This document shows positions 1-10,475 of a stretch of DNA of 59,799 bases, in pieces. The position numbers and the translations under genes are program-made. The DNA comes from an uncultured Desulfurococcaceae archaeon. GTDB lineage: Archaea; Thermoproteota; Thermoprotei_A; Sulfolobales; NBVN01. A model generated the notes under the pieces. It did no database searches and was not told where the DNA came from. It saw only the letters and a program-made list of their open reading frames with translations. How positions within the stretch are numbered: position 1 is the stretch's first letter; each line of letters opens with the position of its first letter. The stretch covers positions 1 to 59,799 of the forward strand of contig CAYZXH010000003.1 in NCBI GenBank assembly GCA_964482405.1. Direction: 5' to 3'.

Positions 1-99
1 CCACACAAAACACAAGTTTCACACATTATAAATCTAACCACTAATAATACAAAAACAATGATCTATATACTTCCGAGAACTGAATGAATATAATTAACT

Positions 100-125
100 A
101 TATAAAAGCGTCATATAAAAGCGTC
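100..125. repeat. Perfect 13-bp tandem duplication (ATATAAAAGCGTC x2) in AT-rich intergenic DNA
   Basis: 100-112 and 113-125 are identical. Confidence 0.85.
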
Positions 126-212
126 TGAGCATATTCATGATTAGCTTCATTACCCTACTTCTTTTTACATCACGTACCTCGTAGTAATTTGAGGATGTAG
201 GCCTCTTAAGGT

Positions 213-764
213 CTAGGTTTTCGGTCTTAGTCTTAGGTTATTTATTAGTGTTAGGATATCTTTAGGTAGTCTCTTCTCCGAGGTTTTTTCGAGTTCGTAG
301 AATTCCTTTATGTTCTCCACGTCTGGTTTCAGAACATTTTCTAATTCTTTAGAGTCGCACTTTATTTCTTTAGGTATTTTCTTGAGGTTTTCTTCAGCTG
401 TTTCCTCACAGAGCCTGATTACTAGGTATGGTTTCCTCATGTGTTTTCTTAGCTTCTCCAGTGTTTGTTTTATTTGTCTGCTACCCGCGAAGTATAGGAG
501 ATACTCTATCTCAGGCTTATTGCTTATGTTTTCCCCCTTCGTGAAAGCTTCGATAGTTAGTGAGGCCGGGATTTTTACTTGAGGTATCGAGGTGATAAGC
601 CTTAACGGGATTACCTGAGTTACGCAGAGCGGGTTAAGGGTGCTACCAACGTACTTCACTACTTCGTCGTCTTCTGAGACGCAGTAATCAAAACTTATTG
701 ACTCGCTCTTTCGGGCAACCTTCTTCACGATTTCTAGGACTTCTCCTAGTTGATTATCCGCCAT
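213..764 (-). CDS. cgi121: KEOPS complex subunit Cgi121
   Basis: AFxxGxNIS...EYLLYFAGSRQI motif; lies downstream of rps17e-urm1. Confidence 0.7.
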   Translation of the reverse strand: MADNQLGEVLEIVKKVARKSESISFDYCVSEDDEVVKYVGSTLNPLCVTQVIPLRLITSIPQVKIPASLTIEAFTKGENISNKPEIEYLLYFAGSRQIKQTLEKLRKHMRKPYLVIRLCEETAEENLKKIPKEIKCDSKELENVLKPDVENIKEFYELEKTSEKRLPKDILTLINNLRLRPKT

Positions 765-1032
765 GACTTACGGGCACCAGGAAAATCTCGTCATCGTCTT
801 TGAGTACGTAGTCTAGACCTCCTAGTAGCCTGTAGTCTACGTCGTTTAAGAAGACTATGTATGAGGTAGTTAATGATCCGTCTTCTTCCACCGCTTCCCT
901 TAAGTCAGGTATCTTAGTTCTGAGCTCCTTCAAGAATTCCTTAAGCTTAACTGACTCACTGACCTCAACACTTACCTCGTCCCTACCCAGCCTACCCCTC
1001 AAAACCCCCGCTAACTTGACTCGCACTATCAT
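754..1032 (-). CDS. urm1: Urm1/SAMP-like ubiquitin-fold protein (MoaD/ThiS family)
   Basis: 92 aa, C-terminal HGG; FLNDVDYRLLG...DEI resembles Urm1. Confidence 0.85.
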   Translation of the reverse strand: MIVRVKLAGVLRGRLGRDEVSVEVSESVKLKEFLKELRTKIPDLREAVEEDGSLTTSYIVFLNDVDYRLLGGLDYVLKDDDEIFLVPVSHGG

Positions 1033-1274
1033 GTTTCCTCGAATGCCCCGCTCTCACTAACCTCTCCTTGAGGGGTCTGTAATCTCTTCTCCCTAACCCT
1101 CACTAAGTGTGTTAAGTAACCGGCGATCTGATTCCTTAACTTCTTAGACCTGAGGTAAACGTACCTGGAAACTAACTTCTTGTTCTCCTCGAAATTTGAG
1201 GTTACCTCACTAGGAAATAACTCCATTAATCTCCTAGCAGTTCTCTTAACTATCGAGGTTCTCACCCTACCCAT
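1029..1274 (-). CDS. rps17e: 30S ribosomal protein S17e
   Basis: MGRVRT..VKR, NFEENK, SKKLRNQIAGY; start placed at ATG 1274. Confidence 0.95.
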   Translation of the reverse strand: MGRVRTSIVKRTARRLMELFPSEVTSNFEENKKLVSRYVYLRSKKLRNQIAGYLTHLVRVREKRLQTPQGEVSESGAFEET

Positions 1275-1340
1275 ACACTTCATCCCTCCCTAAACATATT
1301 GGGTATTCCTTTTAAATAATTAAGCGCGTGGTGAGGTAGC

Positions 1341-1354
1341 GAAAAGCTTAAATA
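1341..1354 (+). promoter_or_regulatory. BRE/TATA promoter of the thermosome gene
   Basis: GAAAAGCTTAAATA about 35 nt upstream of ATG 1390; GGTGA SD-like motif follows. Confidence 0.6.
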
Positions 1355-1389
1355 GAAGTGGTTGATATTGAGTTATTGGTGAGTAGTGT

Positions 1390-3042
1390 ATGGCTCAAAG
1401 AGGTGTTGCTCCCACCGCAGGCATACCTGTCTTAATATTAAAAGAGGGTACTCAGAGGACTACAGGGGCTGAAGCACTTAGATCGAACATGGTAGCCGCG
1501 ATGACCATAGCAGAGATTTTGAGGACTACCTACGGGCCTAGAGGAATGGATAAGATGCTCGTCGATACTTTAGGGGACGTCACTATAACTAACGACGGCG
1601 CCACAATACTTGACAAAATGGATGTTCAGCACCCTACAGCTAAGATGCTCGTCCAGATAGCTAAGGGTCAAGACGACGAGGTTGGTGACGGAACTAAGAC
1701 AGCCGTGATATTCGCTGGCGAGTTACTGAAAGCTGCTGAGGAACTCCTTAATAAGGAAGTACACCCAACAATAATAATTAACGGCTATAAGAAAGCACTT
1801 GAGGAAGCTGTTAAGTACGCGGGGAGCGTCGCTAAAGACGTGGACATAAACGACTTCGAGACTCTGAAGAAGATAGCTTCAACAGCCCTAACTAGTAAAG
1901 CAGTCCACGGCGTTAGAGAGTACTTCGCGGAGATAGCTGTGAAGGCGGTTAAGCAGGTAGCCGAGGATAGGGATGGCAGAATATACGTGGATCTCGACAA
2001 CATACAGATAATTAAGAAGCACGGAGGCTCTCTCGCAGACACTAAGCTAGTTTACGGTGTCATATTAGACAAGGAAGTCGTTCATCCAGGCATGCCTAAG
2101 AGAGTTGAGAAAGCTAGGATCGCCTTAATTGACGCGCCGCTAGAGATCGAGAAGACAGAGATAGACGCCGAGATAAGAATAAGTGATCCGGAAATGATGA
2201 GGAAGTTCATAGAGCAAAAAGAAAATATTCTTAAGGATATGGTTGAGAAGATTGCTGCTACTGGTGCTAACGTCGTTATTTGTCAGAAGGGTATTGACGA
2301 CGTCGCTCAACACTTCCTAGCAAAGAAAGGAATACTAGCAGTAAGAAGAGTTAAGAGATCAGACATGGAGAAACTAGAGAGAGCTACTGGAGGCAAGATC
2401 GTGAGCAACATCGATGACTTAACGCCTAACGACCTAGGCTACGCAGAACTAGTTGAGGAGAGGAAGGTAGGGGAGGACAAGATGGTGTTTGTTGAGGGTA
2501 CTAAGGACCCGAAGGCGGTCAGCATAATAATCAGGGGTGGCCTAGAGAGAGTTGTTGACGAGGCTGAGAGATCCTTCAGAGACGCGTTAAGTGTTGTAGC
2601 AGACGTTCTCAGAGTCCCTAAGATCGTGTACGGTGGTGGTAGCTTCGAGATAGAGATAGCGAGGTACTTAAGAGAGTACGCTACTAAGGTGGGCGGGAAG
2701 GAACAGCTAGCCGTACTCTCCTTCGCCAAAGCTTTAGAAGGTGTTGTCTCAGCACTTGTAGAGAACGCGGGTCTAGACCCAATAGACATGATCTCAGAGT
2801 TGAGGAGCGCGCACAACAAACCTGACGGGATTAAATACGGAGTTAACGTATTCAGCGGTAAGGTCGATGATATGGAGGCTTTAGGAGTTATAGAACCTCT
2901 GACAGTGAAGACTAACGCCCTTAAGGCAGGTACTGAGGCAGCAACCCTGGTATTAAGGATTGATGACGTGGTAGCGGCTAGCAAAGTCAAGGAAGAGAAG
3001 AAGGAAGAGAAGAAAGAGAAGAAGGAAGAAGAGGAGAAGTAA
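1390..3042 (+). CDS. ths: Thermosome (group II chaperonin) subunit
   Basis: [23 protein letters not shown] motifs. Confidence 0.97.
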   Translation: MAQRGVAPTAGIPVLILKEGTQRTTGAEALRSNMVAAMTIAEILRTTYGPRGMDKMLVDTLGDVTITNDGATILDKMDVQHPTAKMLVQIAKGQDDEVGDGTKTAVIFAGELLKAAEELLNKEVHPTIIINGYKKALEEAVKYAGSVAKDVDINDFETLKKIASTALTSKAVHGVREYFAEIAVKAVKQVAEDRDGRIYVDLDNIQIIKKHGGSLADTKLVYGVILDKEVVHPGMPKRVEKARIALIDAPLEIEKTEIDAEIRISDPEMMRKFIEQKENILKDMVEKIAATGANVVICQKGIDDVAQHFLAKKGILAVRRVKRSDMEKLERATGGKIVSNIDDLTPNDLGYAELVEERKVGEDKMVFVEGTKDPKAVSIIIRGGLERVVDEAERSFRDALSVVADVLRVPKIVYGGGSFEIEIARYLREYATKVGGKEQLAVLSFAKALEGVVSALVENAGLDPIDMISELRSAHNKPDGIKYGVNVFSGKVDDMEALGVIEPLTVKTNALKAGTEAATLVLRIDDVVAASKVKEEKKEEKKEKKEEEEK

Positions 3043-3131
3043 CGCGTTAACTCACAGCTTTTTTCTAAAGCTCCAATTAAACAATACCTTTTTAGGTTTT
3101 CAAGATATTAGTTTTCTAGTGGTGGCGTTTA

Positions 3132-4322
3132 TTGTCCGGTATTGAGTATAGCTCGCGTAGGAGGGGTTCAACAGACGACTACATAAGATATCTTGAGATG
3201 AGAATTCAGGAGCTGGAGACCGAGGTAGAGTTCCTTAGAAATGAGATAAACTACTATAAGAAAGAGATTGAGAAGCTCCTCTCAACCCCCCTCATAGAGG
3301 GTGTCTTACTTGAGGTATTACCTGATGGTAGGGCGGTGGTCAAGAGTTCCACAGGCCCTAACCTTGTGGTTGAGGTTTTGGGGAACGTTGACGTGAAGAA
3401 CGCGCGGCCGGGATCTAGGGTAATGCTTAATCAAAGAGGTTCCGCCGTAGTCGGCATCCTCCCATCACTTGAAGACCCTTACGTCAGGGCTATGGAGGTC
3501 ATTGAGAGACCTAAGGTAAGGTACGAGGACGTGGGGGGTCTTAAAGAACAGATAAGGGAGTTGAGGGAGGTCGTTGAATTACCTCTGAAGAATCCTGAAT
3601 TATTTAGGGAGATAGGTATAGAGCCCCCTAAAGGTATCCTCCTCTACGGCCCCCCAGGTTGCGGCAAGACTTTACTAGCTAAGGCCGTTGCCGGCGAGTC
3701 TAACGCTACGTTCATAAGCTTGGTTGCCTCAGAGCTAGCTCAGAAATTCGTTGGTGAGGGTGCTAGAATCGTTAGGGAAGTCTTCAGTTTCGCGAAGAAG
3801 AAGGCTCCAGCGATAATACTCATAGACGAGCTTGACGCTATTGGGGCGAAGAGACTTGACATAGGAACTAGTGGCGAGAGGGAGATTCACAGAACACTCA
3901 CTCAGTTACTTGCTGAGTTAGACGGTTTCGAACCACTAGATAATGTTAAGGTCTTAGCTACTACGAACAGGATAGATATCTTAGACCCCGCACTACTAAG
4001 ACCTGGAAGATTTGACAGAATAATCGAGGTTCCGCTACCTGATCTCCAAGGCCGTCTAGAGATATTCAAGATACACACCAAGAAAATGAAGGTCAAGGAC
4101 GTAGACCTAGGATTGCTAGCTAAGTTATCTGAAGGCGCTTCAGGAGCTGACATAAGAGCTATATGTACTGAAGCGGGATTCATCGCATTAAGGAATAACA
4201 GAAATTATGTGGTCATGGATGACTTCATCGAAGCTACTAAGAAGATTCTTAAGGATCGTTTCAGACCCTACGCAGAGGAGAGCGGCAAGATGCAGGAACG
4301 CAAGACGCCCTCGGTGGTTTAA
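3132..4322 (+). CDS. pan: Proteasome-activating nucleotidase
   Basis: N-terminal coiled coil, OB domain (VKSSTGP), [20 protein letters not shown]. Confidence 0.95.
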   Translation: MSGIEYSSRRRGSTDDYIRYLEMRIQELETEVEFLRNEINYYKKEIEKLLSTPLIEGVLLEVLPDGRAVVKSSTGPNLVVEVLGNVDVKNARPGSRVMLNQRGSAVVGILPSLEDPYVRAMEVIERPKVRYEDVGGLKEQIRELREVVELPLKNPELFREIGIEPPKGILLYGPPGCGKTLLAKAVAGESNATFISLVASELAQKFVGEGARIVREVFSFAKKKAPAIILIDELDAIGAKRLDIGTSGEREIHRTLTQLLAELDGFEPLDNVKVLATTNRIDILDPALLRPGRFDRIIEVPLPDLQGRLEIFKIHTKKMKVKDVDLGLLAKLSEGASGADIRAICTEAGFIALRNNRNYVVMDDFIEATKKILKDRFRPYAEESGKMQERKTPSVV

Positions 4323-4325
4323 GGG

Positions 4326-4823
4326 TTGAGTTACGTTATCAGGAAGATAACCCCTGAGGAACTACTCAGTTTCAGAGCTATCCTAAATTATCAGCTGAGA
4401 GTAAGCGTTGCTGACTCTGTGCTACCGGATAACTTGTTAGTAGGTGTATCAAAAAATACTGGGAGGGTGAGAGCTTTGATAGATCCTGAAAACACCGAGG
4501 TACTGGCTACCGTTGTCGCGTCAACAAACACCCTCAACATAAGATTAAGCCTAGCTAGGAGAATACATAAATTAGTTCCTCCCCCACGATTAAGACTAGT
4601 CGTAGTGAACGAGATTGTTCCGGACATATTAGAAGCTAAGAGTTCTGTCTTCACGAAGCATGTCTTATCAGTAGATGAAGAGCTTAGGGCTGGTGACGAA
4701 GCTCTCGTAGTTAGTGAGGACGATGAGCTCTTATGTGTTGGCAAGCTCTTCCTATCACCCGAGGAAATACTTCAGTTATTAACTGGTCCCGCGTTAAAGA
4801 TTAGGGAGTGTGTGGCTGGATGA
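4326..4823 (+). CDS. Stand-alone C2+PUA domain protein (detached C-terminal part of archaeosine TGT)
   Basis: LNYQ..., SKNTGRVR, SVFTKHVLSVDEELRAGDEALVV (PUA). Confidence 0.8.
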   Translation: MSYVIRKITPEELLSFRAILNYQLRVSVADSVLPDNLLVGVSKNTGRVRALIDPENTEVLATVVASTNTLNIRLSLARRIHKLVPPPRLRLVVVNEIVPDILEAKSSVFTKHVLSVDEELRAGDEALVVSEDDELLCVGKLFLSPEEILQLLTGPALKIRECVAG

Positions 4824-5554
4824 AGCAGGTTGAGATATTCATCTATGAAGAATACGAGAAAATACTTAAAGAACCCGGTAGGGAGTGGGTCCTGATCACC
4901 GGATTCCCCGGCTTTGGCTATGTAGGGACTATAGCAACCAGGTATATAGCTAATAAGATGAAGTCCGTCAAGATAGGGGATATCGTAACCAAGTATATGC
5001 CTGATTTCGTGGCCATGGAGGAATACGGTGTCATGACCCCCTACGAAATATTCTTAGCCGAGAACAGGAACCTAATAATAGTGGTTAATAACGCGTTACC
5101 CACAACCCCGGAGAGAGTACCCTATTCCTTAGCGCTGGCCGATTGGTTTAAGAAAATCAACGGTAAGAGAGCGGTGTTTGCCGGCGGACTTAACGTCAAG
5201 CTTAAGGAGGGTGACGAGGAGTTCAGGTGGGTCTGCAACATGGACTGCGGGTGGAGCTTTAAAGAACCAAAGCTAGGGAAAGGTAACTATATTGTGGGCC
5301 CCCTAGCAACTCTTTACGCGATCTTCACACTTAAGAAAATACCAACACTTCTAATACTGCCTTACACAGAGCCAGGCAGGTACGACCCCTCCGCAGCGGC
5401 AGTCTTCATAAGAAAGCTCAACGAAATAATGGAGATCGGCGTGTCGGTCGATGACTTAATAGAGTATTCTAAGTTAGTCGCTTACGCGGAGACCTTAATG
5501 GAGGAAGCAAGTAAGAAAACTAAGGAAGAGAAAGGACCTAAGCTATACATGTGA
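4820..5554 (+). CDS. PAC2-family proteasome assembly chaperone
   Basis: ITGFPGFGYVGTIA motif; ATGA overlap with upstream stop. Confidence 0.85.
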   Translation: MKQVEIFIYEEYEKILKEPGREWVLITGFPGFGYVGTIATRYIANKMKSVKIGDIVTKYMPDFVAMEEYGVMTPYEIFLAENRNLIIVVNNALPTTPERVPYSLALADWFKKINGKRAVFAGGLNVKLKEGDEEFRWVCNMDCGWSFKEPKLGKGNYIVGPLATLYAIFTLKKIPTLLILPYTEPGRYDPSAAAVFIRKLNEIMEIGVSVDDLIEYSKLVAYAETLMEEASKKTKEEKGPKLYM

Positions 5555-5601
5555 GTCCTTGACCGAAGAGACTCGTTTTTAGGGAAAGCCCGTTAAGGTT
5601 C

Positions 5602-7194
5602 TTAACATAACTCAATTATCTTAACTCCGTATGCAGCCAAGTCTCTGAAGAGTTCTCGCTTACTCCAAGCATATTTTGAGCATGTGAGGATAACTAGATC
5701 GGCTTTTCCCGTCTTCTCGAGAATTAAGTTCCTTATCTCCTCAATCATATAATTAATGACTTGCTCCTCCACAGTTAAGGGCATCTCGAATTGTGAGTAA
5801 GGATATACCTGATCTAGTTCCGCAGGCACTAAATTAAAGTAGGGTAAGTACACGAAGACGTGGGACTCCGCGTCGATCATCCCCTTACTTAAAGCATTCT
5901 TAAATATTTCTGAGTTCTTAAAGGGCTTCTCCTCCGGATTACCCGGCAGTAAGATTATCTTCTTTTTCTTCTCATTGAAAGCTTTCTTAACGAACCTTCT
6001 ATGACGTATTAGTTCCGGTCTATAATATGATGTAACGTCGTAAAGGAATATCGCGTGTGAGTCCCCCTTAAACCTAGGGTCAAGCCTTTCTATCCAATCA
6101 ACGTATTTTATCAGAGTGTTTAAAGCCTCCCTAAGTGATGGGTGGGTCCTCGCTCTTTCCTCAATCAATTCCCACAACCTACCCTCCTTTAAAGCAGTCT
6201 TAACTCGCTTTACCTCCCTGTTTATCACGTGTAGGTTATGGATCGCGAGCATCTTAGTTTTCTCTTTTTCCTCCAACTCCATCAATTCCTTAGGTGTGTA
6301 CCTGCTACAGACCTCGCACTCGCACGGCAGGTACTCTAAGTCTGTGATTCTGTAAGTGCCTTCCTCAGTCATGTACCTGCCGTCTCTAGCATATAGTATG
6401 TAGGAAGCTGAGTCGAAAGTGTCTACCCCTAACGCCACCATTAACGGGATTATGAGTGGGTGCCCGCCGCCAAATAAGTGAACAGGTTTATCTAGAGGTA
6501 GTACGCTCTTAGCTACGGCGACCATACTAACTATTTTACTGAAACCATATTTTTCGAGTACGGTGACTGGAGATCCTATGGCGTACATACTGTAACCCTC
6601 AATCCTGCTTGCTTCCGTTGCGGATTTGAGAACGAGATCTAGGTAGACCCCTCCCTGTACTGGTAAAACCCATAGAACGTCGCTCTCCCTAACCTTCTCT
6701 ATGGTGAGGCGAGCCCTCCTTAAAGTTTCTTCAACACTCTCCACAGCCTCCTCATAGCTAGAGTCGTCTCTAGTAGGGATATCCGCTATCACAGCTATGT
6801 CAGAACCTATCTCTACTTGATAAGTAGCTATCTCCTCCGGCTCTATCCTTATTCTGTCCCTGCCATACCTTAATATCTGGTAGGCCCCTGAATCCGTCAT
6901 AACTACTCCTTCAAAATTTATGATCTTCTTAACGCCGATTTCCTTAGCCTTATCCCCGAATACCTGCTTCATTATGAACGCGTTAGTTATGACTTGATCA
7001 AAGCCTATACTCCTTACCTTATCCGCTGGTACCTCCCTATCTTGTTTTACCGGGTTAATTACTGGGAAAAAAGCCGGGGTTTCTATGTAGCCGGATTTAG
7101 TCTTGAGCTTCCCTATCCTCCCGGCAAGATCCTTGTCCTTAATCTCGAAGCTCATGCCATGCTCAACCAATGTCTTGACGTCTTGACTCCTCAA
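5602..7194 (-). CDS. tgtA: Archaeosine tRNA-guanine(15) transglycosylase, lacking PUA domain
   Basis: TDSGAYQ, VHLFGGG, DTFDSA, CxCxxC...HNL. Confidence 0.95.
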   Translation of the reverse strand: MRSQDVKTLVEHGMSFEIKDKDLAGRIGKLKTKSGYIETPAFFPVINPVKQDREVPADKVRSIGFDQVITNAFIMKQVFGDKAKEIGVKKIINFEGVVMTDSGAYQILRYGRDRIRIEPEEIATYQVEIGSDIAVIADIPTRDDSSYEEAVESVEETLRRARLTIEKVRESDVLWVLPVQGGVYLDLVLKSATEASRIEGYSMYAIGSPVTVLEKYGFSKIVSMVAVAKSVLPLDKPVHLFGGGHPLIIPLMVALGVDTFDSASYILYARDGRYMTEEGTYRITDLEYLPCECEVCSRYTPKELMELEEKEKTKMLAIHNLHVINREVKRVKTALKEGRLWELIEERARTHPSLREALNTLIKYVDWIERLDPRFKGDSHAIFLYDVTSYYRPELIRHRRFVKKAFNEKKKKIILLPGNPEEKPFKNSEIFKNALSKGMIDAESHVFVYLPYFNLVPAELDQVYPYSQFEMPLTVEEQVINYMIEEIRNLILEKTGKADLVILTCSKYAWSKRELFRDLAAYGVKIIELC

Positions 7195-7196
7195 GT

Positions 7197-7661
7197 CTAG
7201 ATTTGAGCACCGCGTTTCTTTAACTCCAAGTATTCTTGTAAGACGCTATACAGCTTATTAGCTAGGGCGCCGGAACCTTCAACCCCGTTCTCCGTTATCT
7301 TGAATTTATCGTATACGTAGACCGCGTGAGCCTCTTTGATAACCCTGACAGATGAGGGGGGTATGTTGAGTTTCGTCATAAGATACCTACCGAATTCTTC
7401 CGGGTCGAAGATAGGCCTACTCTCGAATATTATCTCGGATATTCTAGAACCGTTAACGAAGACTTTATAAAAAGACCTGCCTTCCTGATTCCTGGCGTTC
7501 TCAAGAACTAAGTGTAGAGTGAGCCTCTCACTAAGGTCTAAACCGACTAGCTTGCCTGTATACGTTGTTCCATCAACCAACTTCACCACTATCTCATTAC
7601 CTATCAAATTATTGAGCTCGCTTATTAGACTCCTTACCGCAGGCTGAATCACACCACTCAT
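7197..7661 (-). CDS. Sm-like protein SmAP3 (Lsm plus C-terminal domain)
   Basis: Sm1/Sm2 motifs (VKLVDGTTYTGKL; VNGSRI) plus C-terminal extension. Confidence 0.85.
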   Translation of the reverse strand: MSGVIQPAVRSLISELNNLIGNEIVVKLVDGTTYTGKLVGLDLSERLTLHLVLENARNQEGRSFYKVFVNGSRISEIIFESRPIFDPEEFGRYLMTKLNIPPSSVRVIKEAHAVYVYDKFKITENGVEGSGALANKLYSVLQEYLELKKRGAQI

Positions 7662-7803
7662 TTCTACTACCTAAGCTTCATATACTGAAATAAACTTTAA
7701 AAATTCACGTTTTGAGCACTCCGTAGTGAGCATTGAAAACGAAAAACTTTTAAGGGTGTGCTCATACATTATTACGACTAAAACAAGTGTAGAGGTGGAG
7801 TGA

Positions 7804-8097
7804 ATGTCTCAAGGACCTGCGTCAAGCAACGTGGTCTTAGTAGGTAAGAAACCCGTAATGAACTACGTGCTAGCAACACTAACCCTGCTAAACCAGGGAG
7901 TTCCTGAAATCGTGGTGAAGGCTAGGGGTAGAGCTATAGGGAAAGCAGTCGACACAGTCGAGATAGTGAGGAATAGATTCCTGCCCGACAAGGTAGTAGT
8001 AAGAGACATAAGAATAGGGAGTCAAGTAGTTACCAGCGCTGAAGGCAGGCAATCCAGGGTCTCAACAATCGAGATAGTAATATCTAAGAAAGACTAA
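7804..8097 (+). CDS. albA: DNA/RNA-binding protein Alba
   Basis: [23 protein letters not shown]. Confidence 0.97.
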   Translation: MSQGPASSNVVLVGKKPVMNYVLATLTLLNQGVPEIVVKARGRAIGKAVDTVEIVRNRFLPDKVVVRDIRIGSQVVTSAEGRQSRVSTIEIVISKKD

Positions 8098-8235
8098 CGA
8101 GTTGTGTTTTTTCCCCAACTAACTCAAGAGAAGCTAGTGAGTCATTCTACGTTTTTTAATTAAGCTACCTAGGTTTACGAATTAATAACTCTTCCCGTGA
8201 CTCATACGGAAAACTCGGAGAACTACGTAGCTAAA

Positions 8236-8290
8236 AATCAGCGTCTGGTGTTTCAATCATCTATTCATAGGTAATTCCACTCATCATCTG
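8236..8290 (-). ncRNA. Box C/D 2'-O-methylation guide sRNA, predicted targets in 16S rRNA 530 loop
   Basis: Minus strand: AUGAUGA (C) - GUGGAAUUACCU - AUGA (D') - AUGAUU (C') - GAAACACCAGACG - CUGA (D), then a U-tract. Confidence 0.8.
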
Positions 8291-8328
8291 TTCTTCTCTA
8301 CGTTTACTAAAATAATAAATTCAAATAC

Positions 8329-8547
8329 CTACAGCAACTCCCTATACTTACTTACTAGCACATAAACCCTTGAGATTCTAGGGTATTCGTAACATGGGGT
8401 CTCGTACTCCTCGCCGTTAACGAGCTTAACTAATAATTTGCTCATCCTTATCTTGCCTCTCTTCTCGCAGTCCAGTATCGTGGATTCCTTAACTAACCCG
8501 TTGATCGCCAGCCCCTCAAGCTTTAATACGTCGATCGTTTCAGGCAA
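8329..8547 (-). CDS. Small hypothetical protein
   Basis: 72-aa ORF with GGTG SD-like motif, divergent from the DHPS-like gene. Confidence 0.6.
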   Translation of the reverse strand: MPETIDVLKLEGLAINGLVKESTILDCEKRGKIRMSKLLVKLVNGEEYETPCYEYPRISRVYVLVSKYRELL

Positions 8548-8597
8548 GGGTCGACACCCAGAATATAATTACAGTGAGCTTATATGTTAGTTAGGGG

Positions 8598-10136
8598 GTG
8601 GGGTTGAGGGTACTGTTAGTGACCTCAAGAATAGCTAGGCCGATACTTGAGGAGGTGGTTAAGGACCTACGTGATCTTATTGATCTAGATGTTTTTGAGT
8701 TGAGAAGCGTTCCTATCGCTTCCTTAGCGACTACCAAGCTTATAGCTAGTGAACTAGCTACCTACGAGAAGTCGGGAAAAGCTGACTTAATAGTCATTCC
8801 CGGCTTGAGCATAGGGTCCGCGAAAGAAATCCAGAACTTGATTGGGATAAGAGCGGTCAAGGGTCCTAAGTACCTCGGCGACCTACCTGAGATGCTGAAG
8901 CAACTTCTTCAGGGGCTCGAGTTCAGCCCGGACGTTCCGGCAGACGAGGTCATGCGTGAAAAACTAACGAAGTATTATCAAACGAGGTTGAGTGAGGTCC
9001 TGCAATCTAGGAAACCCCTCTTTAAGTTGAGGAACGCCGTGTTCACGGAGACACCACCACCTCTCAACTTAATCTATGAATACCTAGTTAGCGAGTATTC
9101 CAGCGTTGAGCACCTAGAAACAAAACTTAACGAACTCAGAACCTTGAGTTATGAGGGTGTGGTAGTAGGGTGTGGTGTTGAGTGCAGGGCTCTAGACCTT
9201 GTCGGCAAGTTGTTGACTGTCAGCTCAGCACACAACATGTTGACCGGGATTGACTTAATCTACGAGAGTGTCCCTAAGGAGAAGCTTAAAGACTTGCTCG
9301 ATTTGAGCGACTTAATACTCAACATATCAACGAGTAATGTCGACTTAGTCGCTAGCTACTTAAGGACTGATCAAGCAGTCGTGGCGGTGCCTTCGAGTAA
9401 TGGGAGTGAGGACGTTATCAAAGTAGTTGAGACACTTCAAGATATGGGCTTCAATAAAATCTTAGTTGACACCATAGTTAGACCACCCACGCTAGGTTTC
9501 GTGAACAGCATAATAGAGTTGAGCAAAATAAGAAACAGGGTTAGATACCCTATCTTATTCAGTCCTGCTAACGTATACGAATTAATAGACGTTGATACCC
9601 CGGGGGTCATAGCTCTCTTAATAGATATAGGGTTCGAATTAGGTGCTTCATCCATATTAATCACTGAGTCAAGCGTTAAAGCTCGCGGCGCTCCCTTAGA
9701 AGCCTCAATCAGCAGAGAATTAATTTACAGAGCCTTCCTTAAGAAGTCACCCCCAGTTAATCAAGGGATAGACCTCCTGATAATCAAGGATAAGAAAGAC
9801 TTAAACATTCCTATACCAGTTCATGAAGGAGTCGTCGAGAGAGTTAGTGGTGAAGGCCAGCCACGCCTAGATATGAGGTATTATGTGAAAATCTATGTGG
9901 ATAAGGAAGGAAAGCAGATAGTAGTAGACGTTCATGACAGAAGCAGTAACAAAATTCTCAAAAGATACGTGGGAAGCAAAGCACTCGATTTAGGCAGAAC
10001 ACTATTGAGAGACTACGAGATAAACGTCGATCACGCCCTCTACATAGGTTACGAGTTAAGTAAAGCTGAGACAGCGTTAAGACTTGGTAAATCCTACGTT
10101 CAAGACGAAGACTTATTTAAACGCACCTATCATTAA
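8598..10136 (+). CDS. Dihydropteroate synthase-like protein with DUF4346-like C-terminus
   Basis: LIVIPG...KGP..DLP, NVYELIDVD, TESSVK, HALYIGYELSKAE..L...YVQD. Confidence 0.8.
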   Translation: MGLRVLLVTSRIARPILEEVVKDLRDLIDLDVFELRSVPIASLATTKLIASELATYEKSGKADLIVIPGLSIGSAKEIQNLIGIRAVKGPKYLGDLPEMLKQLLQGLEFSPDVPADEVMREKLTKYYQTRLSEVLQSRKPLFKLRNAVFTETPPPLNLIYEYLVSEYSSVEHLETKLNELRTLSYEGVVVGCGVECRALDLVGKLLTVSSAHNMLTGIDLIYESVPKEKLKDLLDLSDLILNISTSNVDLVASYLRTDQAVVAVPSSNGSEDVIKVVETLQDMGFNKILVDTIVRPPTLGFVNSIIELSKIRNRVRYPILFSPANVYELIDVDTPGVIALLIDIGFELGASSILITESSVKARGAPLEASISRELIYRAFLKKSPPVNQGIDLLIIKDKKDLNIPIPVHEGVVERVSGEGQPRLDMRYYVKIYVDKEGKQIVVDVHDRSSNKILKRYVGSKALDLGRTLLRDYEINVDHALYIGYELSKAETALRLGKSYVQDEDLFKRTYH

Positions 10137-10259
10137 CCACGCGTAATTATCCCTCACGTCTTCAGGAGGGCCCTAACCGTACACTTCTTGACCACGAGAA
10201 CGAGGTTTAGGGGGTTCTTCTTTTTAAAGCGATATTCTAAGTTATTCTTGGTGTGTAAA

Positions 10260-10475
10260 ATGGTTGTACGAAGAAGAACCGTTACGGCGAAGAAAATAAC
10301 CGGTAAGAAGACTGTGAAGGATAAGGTCTACCAGTACGAGTATTACACACTCCCGCTGAATCTGTACCTCCCTAAGAGCATGGTAGAGAAGTGGGGTACA
10401 GAATTCATTATTGAGAGAGATGAGGAGAAGGGCAGAATAACGATCTACTCCGTTAGAAGCGTTGAGGGTAAGTAA
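10260..10475 (+). CDS. Small basic hypothetical protein, possibly DNA-binding
   Basis: ATG 10260 after TTTTAAA box; YYTLPLNLYLPK motif. Confidence 0.65.
   Translation: MVVRRRTVTAKKITGKKTVKDKVYQYEYYTLPLNLYLPKSMVEKWGTEFIIERDEEKGRITIYSVRSVEGK

Noticed and set aside
2989-3039. Repetitive GAAGAG/AAGGAA tract
   Set aside because: It encodes the KE-rich thermosome tail; ordinary low complexity
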